The notes beneath the pieces are model-generated. The model made no database searches. It had not been told where the DNA came from and was given only the letters and a program-made list of their open reading frames with translations. 64,000 nt of DNA from Tubiluchus corallicola. Lineage: Eukaryota > Animalia > Priapulida. Shown in pieces: positions 1-13,454 of the stretch; positions within the stretch are counted from its first letter, which is position 1; the number at the start of each line of letters is the position of its first letter. The stretch spans positions 1-64,000 of the forward strand of contig JAQGDQ010000526.1 of assembly GCA_030141605.1 (NCBI GenBank). Direction: 5' to 3'. The translations under genes were made by a program, and so were the position numbers.

Positions 1-152
1 TAGCAGGATCTTGCTTGGGAACAAAAAAATGAACTAGGTAAGGTTCTAGCTGACTGTTAAAACTGTTTCTAATACAGTAGAATGGCCTGGTACACTTAAC
101 CTTTGACTTTTTCACGAAGATCATCATTCGCTGGAACTGCAAAAAGCCTTAT
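1..152 (-). mobile_element. MITE family B fragment
   Basis: Reverse complement of ~49993-50176 (ATGAACTAGGTAAGGTTCTAGCT). Confidence 0.6.
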
Positions 153-277
153 TTGAGGTCTATGTTCATAAGCGAACGCCACATTGTTCACAACAACATT
201 AACTATAATAACGTTTCCTAAACACCATACTGTGAACTTTAGTCATAGCTCAAGCAAAAATGTATTTTACACACTAG

Positions 278-469
278 GCGTATAGATTAGGAATGTATGG
301 ACCAAAATACGTGTGGATGCTTGTTGGTTGGTACAATAACCGTTGGTGGGAACAGGATGATGACACCGTTGAATGTACTGCTGAGGAATTATACACAGTT
401 ATCAAAGGTTACGTGTCAACGCAAGGTTTAGCTTTCCGCACTGATCCTGCTACCATAGTAAATGGAAAA
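278..469 (+). CDS. GABA-B2-like exon (Venus flytrap domain)
   Basis: tag|GCG..AAA|gtaagt; AYRLGMYGPKYVWMLVGWYNNRWW..IVNGK. Confidence 0.85.
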
Positions 470-2731
470 GTAAGTTCATATTAGTTTCACTAAAATAGTT
501 ATTAAATCAGTGGGTAATCGGTGTAAAAATTTTCAATACACCAACCATTTCGATATCAGCTAATTAAAACACTCGGTAGGGCGGACATTGCGTATGGAAA
601 CTAAATTGTCTTAATTACTTTGTGCCAGCAAGAGTGTAAAAAACAGTGTGGACTGGTCACTGATGTACGTATTTGAACCTATCCAGCCGCCTTATATGTG
701 TCTTACCTTGCGCTTTGTTACCATGCCTATGTTACTCGAAGTTCAAGCGTCAGCTCACAAAGTAGCAGTGCCCTAGCACCAGGTGTGGTACCTCCCGCTA
801 CGTTCCGTTTCCGTTTCAGTATAGGCTGTATATATATATATTGCCAGGAAAATTTATTCATATATCAACTGCCCGAGATTAATTTTCATGTTTCCCAGTG
901 TCGGGCTACCAAAATTAGTGTCCTTGTAGAAAAATGACAATTGCCACAACGTGATGACCAACGTACATCTGCTTGCCATTAGTGAACGCTCTGCGCTCAA
1001 GAGCTGCTCACAGGTCTAACCTTTAAATAATGGTTTAGCTGGTCCAAACTTTTTATGTTGCATTGGGATTCCAGGAGGCACGGGCCGTACGTGTTTGAGC
1101 TTACCAATTTCAAACTGATCGTCGCATCAAACTCAAAAATAATGAAGCAAGTAGATTAAGAAAAGACACTTAATGAAGTGATTAAAGGACACGAAAACAC
1201 TGCATAAATAAAGCTTAAGATATTCGTTTTGGAATTTTGAATGTCAAACATGCTGTCTTATTTCATACAGAGCTTTCATTAGTAGTAATGCTGTTTAAAA
1301 CGTGTAAATTTAAACCCCCGCAATGATCATTAGGCGCAGCCATTTTAACAATAAGTCGTTTGAAACAAACTTAGATAACATTGCGTAACGTTTGAAAAAA
1401 CAATAAAATCATTCGTAGCACAATCCTCACTAACTCAGTGAAAGTACAAATTACTTTATAGTATCAATAAGATCCATAATGTGTTTTTGGTGAGCCAGTG
1501 ATGCACACTGGGATAGTGATACAGTAACGTTTTACTAGTTGGCGCGAACGTTTTAAATTATTAAAAACTTTCTTTAACTATAATATACATGTATGTTGCA
1601 CAATTTGTTTCAAATTGGTAAGCCTAATGCTCAATAACAGAACTGTGAATGGAAAGTTTTTTTATTATATACTTTAAAATTCCCTTCACGTCTGAAAATC
1701 AGTATCAAGTATGCTGCTGTAAGCTTGACTCACCATTATGTGCAAATAAGAAATCAAGGTGACTCGTCAAAACACAAATGGCTCTTTCTTGAAATTATTT
1801 TAGTGCTTAATGTATTGCTGATTTATGCTTTCACATAATACTACATTACAGACGGCTGCTGAAACAGTACAAGAATATGAAGACTTCATCAACCACAATG
1901 CCAGTTTGAGGAGTAAGCACGATTGGTCTTGGTCATACGATGGCATGTGGACAATCGCCATGGCTTTGGACATTGTGGATAGGGATCTACGGTAACTTTC
2001 CAACAGCAAAACTATTTCTATAGGACACACGCATAAACGCCGTCTCACTCAATGTTGTTTACCCTTCGTAGACTTAACATAAAGGATCATTAGATCTAGC
2101 GAATGGTGCAGTTCTATAACGTTTTGAAACAATCCTTGTGGAAACAGCACTTACCAGCACTGGCGTAATGGTCTCTGTAGTACCATGGCGAACTTTCTCT
2201 GCATTTACTTCTTTTAGAGACGAATATCTCATAAAGTTAAATTCAACACATCTTTTTTCCACAACGTGCTACTCATCAGGGAGTAACTTGATTAAAATCA
2301 CAGAAAAATAAATGGGGTGTTTTAATAAAGCTTATCTGAATTTGTTCTTACAAATTATAGATGATATAATTCTAATTAAGAAACGCAGAATACTCTGTGA
2401 TCTGCAATATGATAAGTGTGAGCAATTACTTGCAATGCCATCAAATATAGCTTCCTTTGGATTTAAATTTATGCGTAGCAATTTTTGTAATTAAGCGTTT
2501 TCAAAGCTGTTTCTTTATCAATTAGAAAGTGCAGATTCTCTAACTCAGTCAGATCAATTATAATACCAGGTTGGATTCCCTCCCAGCATTGATGTGTCTC
2601 TGGATGACAATATCTTTTATCTGTACCAAGAGAGAGAGCCACAGAGAAAGAGAGTGAGAGGGGGGAAAGAGAGAGAGAAACGCAGAGAGAAAGAGGAGAG
2701 AGAGAGAGACAGAGACAGAGAGAGAGAGAGA

Positions 2732-2819
<88 letters not shown>

Positions 2820-5800
2820 AACAGTATCGTGAACTCGTAACTGCACAACTGTCCTTAATGACAAATAAAGAATCTTGCTGCATGTACAACAAATATAATT
2901 CTGCAACACAACACTTGTTGCTTTTCGTTCTGTTACGCCAATGTTCCCCAAACTGAGCAAAAATGATCCCCTTGATTTGGAGTCTTATTCAGCAAGATAG
3001 AGCCTCTTACTTCGAAATCTAATTCTAGCTGTTTGCTGTTTTAGGGAGTCAAATTCCACCAGAAATTTGGAAAATTTTACCTACAACGACGCCGAGCTAA
3101 GGGAAAAATATTTGGCTGCCATGTACAACACAAGCTTTCCTGGAATTTCCGTATGCAGTCTATTACGATTATTATATCACTTTGCTAAATTACAATTATT
3201 AGGCTTACTCATTAATTACACAATATTAATTTATCTAAACTGTGACAGACTGAATTGATAGAAACTTTTGAAACTGAACATGACAAAAAAAGCAGCAAAC
3301 CTGAAATCAGAAATGCCGCTAGATTTGAACTATATTTTTCGAATTTGGTCTCACAGGAGAAACGGGTGCGAAAGACCTCCTAAAATGTCCGTTTTTCGCC
3401 CGTTTTTTGCAAAATCTATGCCTCTTCTTTTTAGAGAACGGGTATGTACCGGGCACGGTACTGGCAATGGTTGGATAGCCCGTTCAACGGTGGGTGTTAT
3501 AGTTATATTTAGAATTCGCGGGAGTCCCATGGCTTTCCGCAACAGGCGTTTTCCCCGACCAAACTCCCGATTTTTTCGAAATTTTAACCAAACACCCTGT
3601 AGAGAAAACGTTCTGACGGCACCAGGTTGGGCTCTGAGAAAGAGATAGATAGCTCGTTAGAAAGAGAAGGAACAAGGATATACAACGATTTGGGTCTCTT
3701 CTGAGGACATCTTCACCAGGAGGAGCACCTACGAGTGGATTGGAAGTTCCATTTCAGGCGATTCTCGTTAAGAAAGCTGCTGACGTCATTCCATTGTACT
3801 CTGCCTATAACTTTACTTCAGTAAAAGCTGCGACTTTACTTTTAACATTATGTCCGGTTTTCCTTTAACACTTGAAGATGTTGAAGTGGATGAGGAATTA
3901 CTCTAAGGACATTGTAAGAACAATAATAAGAACAACATCTATAATGAGATGCACTAATGAGTCATTTATTTTCAAAAACATCGTGTTGGGCTACTTCGTT
4001 TAATCTCGCGATGGCTTCCGTATCAGATTTAATCAGTAGCTGTTGAAAACACACTACAATTACTCTAGCTAAAATTAGTTCTTTCAATAAAGCATTCATC
4101 ATTTTTCCTCAGGGTCAGGTCGAATATGATGAAAATGGAGACAGAATTGGCATGATAAAGGTTGAGCAGATGAGAGAGGAAGAGGAAAAAACCATCGGCG
4201 TGTACATCATGAGAAATGGGAAGCTAATCTGGAATGTAAATGAGGGTTTACAGTTTGAAGGTATATCACTTTTGAATCCTCATTGAACGATTATTGCAAT
4301 AGCAGATCGTGTCATTTCTGCAAATGGACACAGGGGGAATTGCCTGCACCCTTCACAGTCACGACTCCATCTTCTAATGATCTTACCTAAAAGGTTGGTT
4401 CGCACGTTACGCTAACACAACAACAGACCTAGCGAAAAGTAGAAGCCAAGTTTGTTGAGTACACATCAGCTGCCATCGTCTTTAATTATTGTAAGTTAAT
4501 ATCACAAATACTGTTCATCTGTAATAAAAGTCTACTTCTATAATGAAATTTCATTATGTACTAATTGTGGGAAAACGGGCTTCCTACATTCAAACAGTTC
4601 ATCATCCTGTTTATCAAATTTGAATGCAGCTGCAAGTTTTTATGCGCACAGAAGAAAACCCGAGGAATACGTAAAGTGCTTTCACAGAACTGGTAATGTC
4701 TGTAATTAAATCTATAACTTAGTTAGCGTTATTCAACTACCATGAAGCCTAGTACGATTTTTACACAGACTTCATTAGTCAATCTGGTAAATGAGCATTC
4801 GTTTATTTCTTACAAAGTAGAAATGATAATTACGTATAAACGTGGAAGTTTGATTAACTCATCCTAACAATAATTTAACAATATGATTACAGTCTCGGTA
4901 GTTTTATAGTTTATTTACTTATGAAAATCGTCAAATTATTATTATAACTTCAATGGGCTGCTGACTTAACTCATTCAGGACAGTACCATTCAAAATAGGT
5001 CTTATAAGAGCTATGATTTTTCTGCTGCTGTACGAGCACAGACATTACTAAATGATTACATATTAGGTGCTGTTCTATTCAGGAGAATCTCGGCTATCCA
5101 ATCATGCTATTTGCTTAAACACCTATATGTGATATAATTGGATAGAATTAAGAAAAATGCCCTTTTCATGCATTCCAACTTAGCCTATGGAGTAGCTTAG
5201 TCTGGCGTACACTTGCGCGATCGTAGACACTATTTTATTGATCACCTAGTTGCTACATCCCTAGAGAACTACCTGATGAAAAGAGTTGCAGGAATAACCA
5301 GCCAATCAGCCAAGGACAAATTAAGGTTGTTTCATCTTTTAACAGACTTTTCTCCCTAAAATAGAACAGACTTGAGGCCAGAGTGTTATGTCTAGATATT
5401 TGAAAGTTGTGTTGTGTCTGAACAGTTGAAATTTTCTGCATTAGCCGATTTCAAACAAGTGACAGCGTACATTGTTACAGCGCAAACACTGCAGTTATTG
5501 AAAGCGTTTTTGAATTTTTTTCGACAAACATCGATTTTTAATTGGTCTGGCAAGCAAATGCATTCCTTTATAATTTTCCGTCAATGGCCATTGTATGAGG
5601 AGTAGAAACCTACAAAAATTATTAAATATAACGCAATAGCTGAGAGCAGTTTTTCATGAACCCACGCAAAATGCAGCAAACTGTTACGGTCCTAAAAGAG
5701 TTAAACATCACCAACAAGAAATATTTCAATAATGACTAGTTCATTACAAACATACAACAGAATTTTTAGGAGAAAGACACGTTGCAAATGTGACAACTTG

Positions 5801-8800
5801 ACAATCTAACAATGAACATCTGACAAAAACTGTTAGTATTTCGTTATGGGTCTGAGTTCTGACATTTACATTATCATTTAAGAATTTCTTTGTTATACTT
5901 TCAATTTATATTCTTGTCAACCGCTGATTTATGATTAATTCATTTTGAAGGTGGAATCACCCCTAGAGATGGACCGTTGAAACAAGACGCTCATATTAAA
6001 GTGCCAAAAGCTTTGTACATAGTCATGTGTTGCATAGCTTTTACTGGAATCGTGTTAGCCTTGTTCTTCTTGTCCTTCAACATCATATACAAGAAGAGAA
6101 AGTGAGTTTTAATTGATGCCTCATCACTTGCTTGTTATGTTTTACCTGTTTTGACCATTTTTTACTGGTCGCTTGCTGCACGTTTTTTTTTGTCTGTTTC
6201 ATTATTGATTTGCTCATTAAATAATGACTAATTAGCTGACTAGCTGGTTGGCTACCTCACTGGATGACTGGGGATTAGTTAGTTTGTTAGTTGAATGACT
6301 GGTTGTTAGCTGGTTTGGTTGGTCGGTTGGTCAGTTAGTCAGTCTGTCGGTTGGTCGATTGGTCAGCTGGCTGGCTGATTAGCTGGTTCGGCGAATTGAT
6401 GTTTGTTGGTTGTTTGATTGGTGGCTGTTTAGTCGATTAGTTCCTGGCTTGCTGGCAGGCTGGCTTGTCTTTTTGGTTGCTTGGCAATATTAACCTTGTA
6501 TTTTTACTTTAGGTTAATAAAATTGAGCAGCCCCAATGTAAATAACATCATAGCAGTTGGCAGCTTATTTTGCTATACGTCAGTATTCATCTTGGGTTTG
6601 GACGAAGGGACAGTATCGCTTGACAATCTTCGGATCGTGTGCAACGTAAGTTTATTAAAAATCATAGTTCAAAAGACGCTGGCGCACAAGTACTTCATGA
6701 CCTTTTGTCATTTGAATGAATGACCGTTTTACATTGCCAGCAAGAATGCGCCAATTTGTCGTATAGCTAGCTACTAGTCGTATCACTCGTATGAGAAATG
6801 GCTACCAGTCATATGAAGAGAGCCGAGCATATTGATTAAGGACTTTATGATTGAGGTTTGCTGATTCAATTCATTGACTAACTAGCTGATCGACTAACCG
6901 ACTGACCAACCGTCAAGCGACCAGACATTTCCAGACTAAAAATCAGCTTTGAACCGTGCGATCGGTCTGCAATTTATTGAAACTGAAAAGCACAAAACCT
7001 ACTAAAACATGGTATATCAGCAAATGTAACAAAGTTGAACCAGCAATGATTGGCTTAGAAACTCTGGAAATTAGTGGTAATTTCTGACACTTTAAAATTA
7101 TTAGATATTAGTCAAAGTAGATGTTATAATAGTAGTAGCTTATAATTTGCTGGCGACAGCTTTGGCTTAAATAATAACTAACTATAAATAACCATAAATA
7201 ACTTGTTGATTGTAAATTATAATGAAATTAACAGAACATTTTGCCAAAACAACATGGTCAGCGTAACGACAACAAGAAAAACTGGCTACTGAGAACTTAC
7301 ACGACTCTACGTGTAAAAAACGAGTATGGTAGATAGATGACGTAGATACTAAATATAAACGGTGTTTGTTAAGGTGTATGTTAATTAAGGCACAAGAAAC
7401 CCCTCAACTTACATAAAGCTTAAAAAATTCGTCTTGAAATGTTGGACTACTTACATACTACCTATTTGCTTTAGACTTGTGTCGGCAATAAAGCTGTATA
7501 AAACATTTAAATTTAAACTCCCGCGATGACCGTTAGACGCAGCCATTTTGATGGTAGGTCGTTTGAAACAAGTTTAGCTAACACTGAGTAAAATTTGAAA
7601 AAAATAATCAGAGCATTCGTAGCGCACACGTCACTAACTAAATAAAATTTAAAATTGCTGTATCTTGTCAATAAGATTAAAAATACGTTTTTGGTTAGTG
7701 GGTGGTGCACCCTGGGGGGTGACTCAGCGACATTTTACTAAATGGTGAAAACATTTTAAATAACTAATAACTTTCTTTTCTAGTTACGTAAGTCCTACAA
7801 GCAGGTAAGCCAAATGCTAAGTGATATAATTTTCCATGGAAAGTTTTTGGGGACATTTGGCACATAGTTAAACATTTCCTTTCTTCCCCTGATTTACGTT
7901 TGCGTTATTGACATCGCGGGAAGTTTAAAAAAAACAAAAAAATCTTTCAACGCGAGTACGATATACGCACAAAATTGCTATAAAGTAATATTATTTCTTA
8001 GAGGCGATTTTTCTGAGACCTACTTCGGGTACCCATTTTCTTATCCTTTAAGCCTACAGCATGTAGTCATTGTCTTTTGCTAGGCATTTGCCATCATGCA
8101 AATTAATAATTTAGTGATGAGCTTAGATCTTGTTGGATTAGATAGCATTTGCTGTTAATTAAATATTATTCTTGATGCGCTCACAGCTGCATATTATTCT
8201 GTTGTGCAACAGATTTTCTATGCAGATGACAAATAAGTCAGTTCCTCAGACGTGCAAAGTTAATTGCATAATAAATTACCAGCAATAATATACTTGAAAT
8301 ATTCTAACACGTAATAATATTCTCTATGTTCACACTAGAGCTATAACTTCATCTCTGGTGCAAAATATACAACTCAGGACACATAATAAACTGACTTCAG
8401 AAAAGTATATTTATTTAATTATTTATTCATTTATTTATTTATTTATTTATTTGTTTACTTATCAAAAAAATGAGGTAAAGTGGCCTTGAAGCAACCTTAC
8501 CAGGACTACAGGTCGACGACAGATAACTAAACCTCCAAACAGCATCAATACAGACGTTGAACAAAACATTATTAAAAACACTTTGAAAATCGATGCATAG
8601 AATGTAGAATAAAAACACAATGTAAATATACACAATACATTTGCATTACATTTACAAATATACATAATTATATTTAAAGTACTACAAGCGTCTTTACTTG
8701 TAAACTACGTAGATTGTGTCTGTCATTCACTTTTGAGTACACGTTATCGTCAAATTAATGAATGGGTGTATGAATACGTTGTGCAACACATCAATGCATC

Positions 8801-11800
8801 TGTGGCGTCCCCCGCGGGGACGCCCACATGGACAAAATGATTAATAAAATTTTCTTTATGGACATCTTGTGGATGCGCCCAAGTAAAATGTCCAAAATAA
8901 AAATCTAACCTCGACCTAAACAGTTAACTGCTGCAGTAAACCTAAAATTTATTTATTCAGTATAAAGATGTGGTTCAGCAACAAAGAGAAACAAATAATA
9001 GAAAAATAATTAACAGATTAACAGGTGAAAATTACAGCAGCTAAGTAAAAATATGACATGTTTCCAATAATAGCCTAATCGATTTCTGATTTATAACAAA
9101 AATAGCAGATTACTGCGTTAATCTACAAGATAAAGATCATTTAGACTAAATTAAGTACAATTAAATTAAACAGAACTTACAATTTGGTGATTAAATGGCA
9201 TCCTGGATAACAAAACAGCATTTAATGAGTTCACCAGAACTACGGCAGTACGAAAAAGCTATAATCCGAGGTATACGTGTAAGTGTGAACAGGTAAAATA
9301 GGTCAAGTCATGTGACTATACCTAAAGTTGGCTTCTGATGTCTGATTGGCTGTAATGTATAACAAAGTTAAAAAAGGTTGAAACTAAAAAGATTTCACAA
9401 ACGTTAAATAGGTGCCGCTAGTAGCTACTATATTGATTTCCCTTATCTATTTTATGGTACTCACCTATTTTTAAGAACATCAGTTTTCTTCAAACCAGCA
9501 ACATCAACTTAAGATGATTAAAATCTCTTAGTAAGCTTATATGTCAGCTTAGATTCATTTGCTACAGCGTACATAATATAACTTAAGTAATTTAAGTTAT
9601 CACATATTATCACCTGCGTCCAGCGTTCAGTTTTAGTCGGATAATTAGTCGGTGCAGCCAGTTATGTAGTAGTACACGCAAATATACTTGTGTATATACA
9701 TGAATATACATGAATACGATTATTCATTACGACTATTCTCCCTGCCATCGAATATGGTAACGTAGTATGGTCAGGATGCAGTGAAAACAGTATACGTTTG
9801 TTAGAAAATATTCAGCTAACTGCAGCTAGAATCTGTTCTGGCGCTATGTTTCGATCTTGCCCTGCAAGTATCTTGTCAGATAGCGGCTTCACTAAATTAG
9901 TGACACGCTTCCATTATCATCGCCTATGTCTTTTTTCAAAATAATCAATGACTTAGTGCCCCACTATTTAAGTGCAATTCTGCCGCCAAAGGGAAACGAA
10001 GTTACCCCCTATTATATACGCAGTGGTACTAAATACAGAAATTTTAATTGCCGTTCTGTTAGCTGTGAAAAATCGTTTTTAATATCGACCATTAACATGT
10101 GGAACAACTTACCACAGAACATTCGTGAAATTACATCCATTTCACAATTCAAACAAGAGCTCAAATCTCATTTAAGTTTTTCGTTGCGTAAGAAACATTT
10201 TTCATTTGGTAAATCCCCAATATCAGTGCACCATACGCGCATGAGAATCGGATTTTCTCAGCTAAACTATGACCTTTTCTCTAAAGGCTGTAAAGATAAT
10301 AACGGTCATCCAATATTGCCGAATTGTAACTGTGGATTTCGATTTGAGTCTGTTGAACACTTTTTGTTGCACTGCCCATTGCATCAACTAGCTAGGGCAG
10401 TTATGTTTGATAAATTAAATGCAATACTTCTACCCGAAAACCGTAATATAGCTGTCTTAGGAAATAATGATTTGTTGAAGTTGTTATTATTCAGTAAAGA
10501 TGAATTTAACTATGTTACTAACTGTAAAATATTCCAATGTATACATGACTTTATGTTATGTACTAAACGCTTCTTGTAGTTTCTATCTGATATAAAATGC
10601 ATCATTCTTAAATAATCGTACATTAATATTTACTAACCGTCTTCTACTACTCATGTCTAATGTATCACTGTAGTAAAACTTTAGTATACTAAAGTATACT
10701 AAAAACTAAGTATAATCTATTCTTACTGTAAATGTTCTTGTAAATAGTTTATAAAGTCTGTTGTGGTGAGGATCCTAAATCATGTTGTACAAACTGTCTG
10801 ATCCAATCCTAAATAAATTATGTTTAAACTAAATATACTTGTGCAGTTGTTTTAGTCACGTGTTTTAGTAAAGCTCTGTCCACATTGTAACTATTGTGTT
10901 TCTCCCTTAGTTCCTTTCTAGTACTTATATTCAAAATTACACATAATGATCTTGTTTTTCTCTGCGTAAAATGTAACAATTGAGCGCCATTTTCAGATTC
11001 AGCCCTGGCTTCTATCTTTGGGGTTCACGCTAACATTTGGAGGACTCTTTGTAAAGACGTGGAGAGTCTACAGGATATTCACAAATCGGTCAAAAAGAAA
11101 ACTGGCAAGTACAATGTTGCAAACATTTATGAAACAAAGCTGCGATTAACAGACTAGAATGCGTTCACGAGATTGCGAAACAGGAATTTTACGTGCCCGT
11201 AAGCGCGCCTCATTGGGTGTCATTATCAACATCTTATGGATGCGTAAAAGCGATTGTTACCGGTAGCGATTTTCCGCAAGGATTTGCCTGAAAAGACACC
11301 TGGTACTTGTTGCCTGGCAACGAAATACTTATAATCTAGCGACATTTTTGTTTTAAAAACTGGCTTTCTTCTGCAGACCAAGTTTGGCAATACCAAGGCT
11401 AAAGACGTCTGCAACTCTAGCTGAACTAGTGGGTAGCATTCATTAACTTACCTATTTATGATCCAAAGATGATAAAAGCGGCCATTATACAATTTAAATA
11501 AAAAAAGTTTAAAGACCTATGATACGCAAACAGTGTGACGCCGACTGGTAGCTGGCCAGGTTAACAGATTTTTTACATATTACATATTTTAACTCGAAAC
11601 ACGTTCGAGTTAAACTCGAGTTTTAACTCGAGTTCGGCGACAATGTGTCAGTTGGATCAAGGACATCTTGAAGAGGTTTACCAAATATCTGAACGCTGAC
11701 ATTTTCAACCTCTTCAGCAACAAAAAAACTTGTGTGATTTATATTCTAAAATGCACCCACATTCAAACTGAGTACATATTTGGGAAACTTGCTGTAATCC

Positions 11801-12035
11801 TTATAGTAAAGCATTGGGATTTGGCTTCATTCTTTAATTGACAAAGAGAAGTACCTGATAAACTCTGGTTGAGGTATGCATATTACTTATTCATATTACA
11901 TATTCATTCTCTCATTATTAACTGTCTTTGTTTGTTCACTCATTATCTTACTCATTCACTCATTTACACCTTTTCTTATTTACCACCTCATTGTTTTCGT
12001 CATCCATTTATTCAAGCACTCATTCATTCATTCAT

Positions 12036-12091
<56 letters not shown>

Positions 12092-13414
12092 TCGTTTGTT
12101 CATTTACTTTATTAACTCATTTAGCTATCTTTCATTTATTTATTAATAAATTAAATCATCGTTCTGCTAAATTAGTCTGTAAATCTAACAACATTAATCA
12201 CATTTTTATTTCATCATTAGTTTAACCGTAGGTCATCTTGGTTTAATCTAAAACACACGCTGTCATGTCATGTCGCTAGATCGTAAAAAAATCAAACGAC
12301 AGACATCATCGTCAAGAGAAAGGAAAAGCAAAAAATTGCAAAAATATGTATAGAAACATGAAAAAGCCAATTTTTCCCGACATTAACCCATTTTATCCTA
12401 TACAGCGAAAAGTCTCTCTGGCAAGAGTTTGGCCATTTGTGAAAAATAAGCAAAGCTTGTAAATAACTATGTATGTATAATGTTGATCTTTATGATTTCA
12501 GGTTATAAAAGATCTTCAGTTGTTTCTTATCCTGCTGTTGTTTTCTGTAATCGACTTGATTATTCTTAGCGTGTGGGTTGCTGTTGACCCCATGATAGTT
12601 GAACGTAAAACTCTTCCAACTGAGGTAAATTACGGAATATGAGCTAAAAATCGTAACATTTTTTTGCCTTTTAATTTTTTCATGAATGAAATAGTTAGAT
12701 GATTGGTTAGTCAGTTAGTCAGTCAGTGGGTTCGTCGTTTAATTGGGCGGTTCATTCAAGAAAAAGGAGAAAATGCTTCATTTCTTTAAATTTTCTTCAT
12801 TCACTTTGAGTTTCACGTTATTTGGTTATATACACCGATCTCGTCAGAATCGGTCATGAAGGCAAACATCTGCAGAAACCCAGTAATTTCCTGTAAAGTA
12901 ATGAGTAACATGGATTTTCTTTACAGTTCGATGAAGCCATTGACATTGTCAAACACACCTATATTAGTACCTGCCGGTCCAGCTATCAATACGTTTTCCT
13001 GGGTGCCATACTTGGTTACAAAGCACTTGTTTTGCTTTACGGGGCTGTCTTAGCGTGGGAAACCAGGTACATTAAGTCAGCTCTTATGTAAAACATAATT
13101 TACAATCTACATAATATAAAAAAGATGTGCAATGCGTAAAAGACTACAAACATACTATTATAAGTTTTAATAGCATATCGACTATCGTAAACCCAGAGTA
13201 GTCAATACATTATACTTCTATTATCTCGCTTATCATACTTTTGAAGACTTATTATATATACAAAATTAGCTTTCCACTCCGACCATGTACAAATGCTTCC
13301 AATTCCCTCTGTGTTTCTTACTTTTTATTTACTGCCGACTATTCTTCCTCTCTGTCTTTCTCTTTCCTCGCCATTGTGTTTCCTTCAAGCATATCTCCTC
13401 TCTCCCTCTTATTC

Positions 13415-13454
<40 letters not shown>

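Noticed and set aside
2469-2960. ORFs with SLSL/ERER/CVCV runs (also 11869-12225, 13241-13796, 37629-37874, 58542-58811, 61969-62286)
   Set aside because: Translations of microsatellites.
3268-3648. 126-aa ORF in a GC-richer intron patch
   Set aside because: No protein motifs. It contains a CACCCTGTA Tc1/mariner-like end, so it is probably a MITE fragment; the other end was not found.
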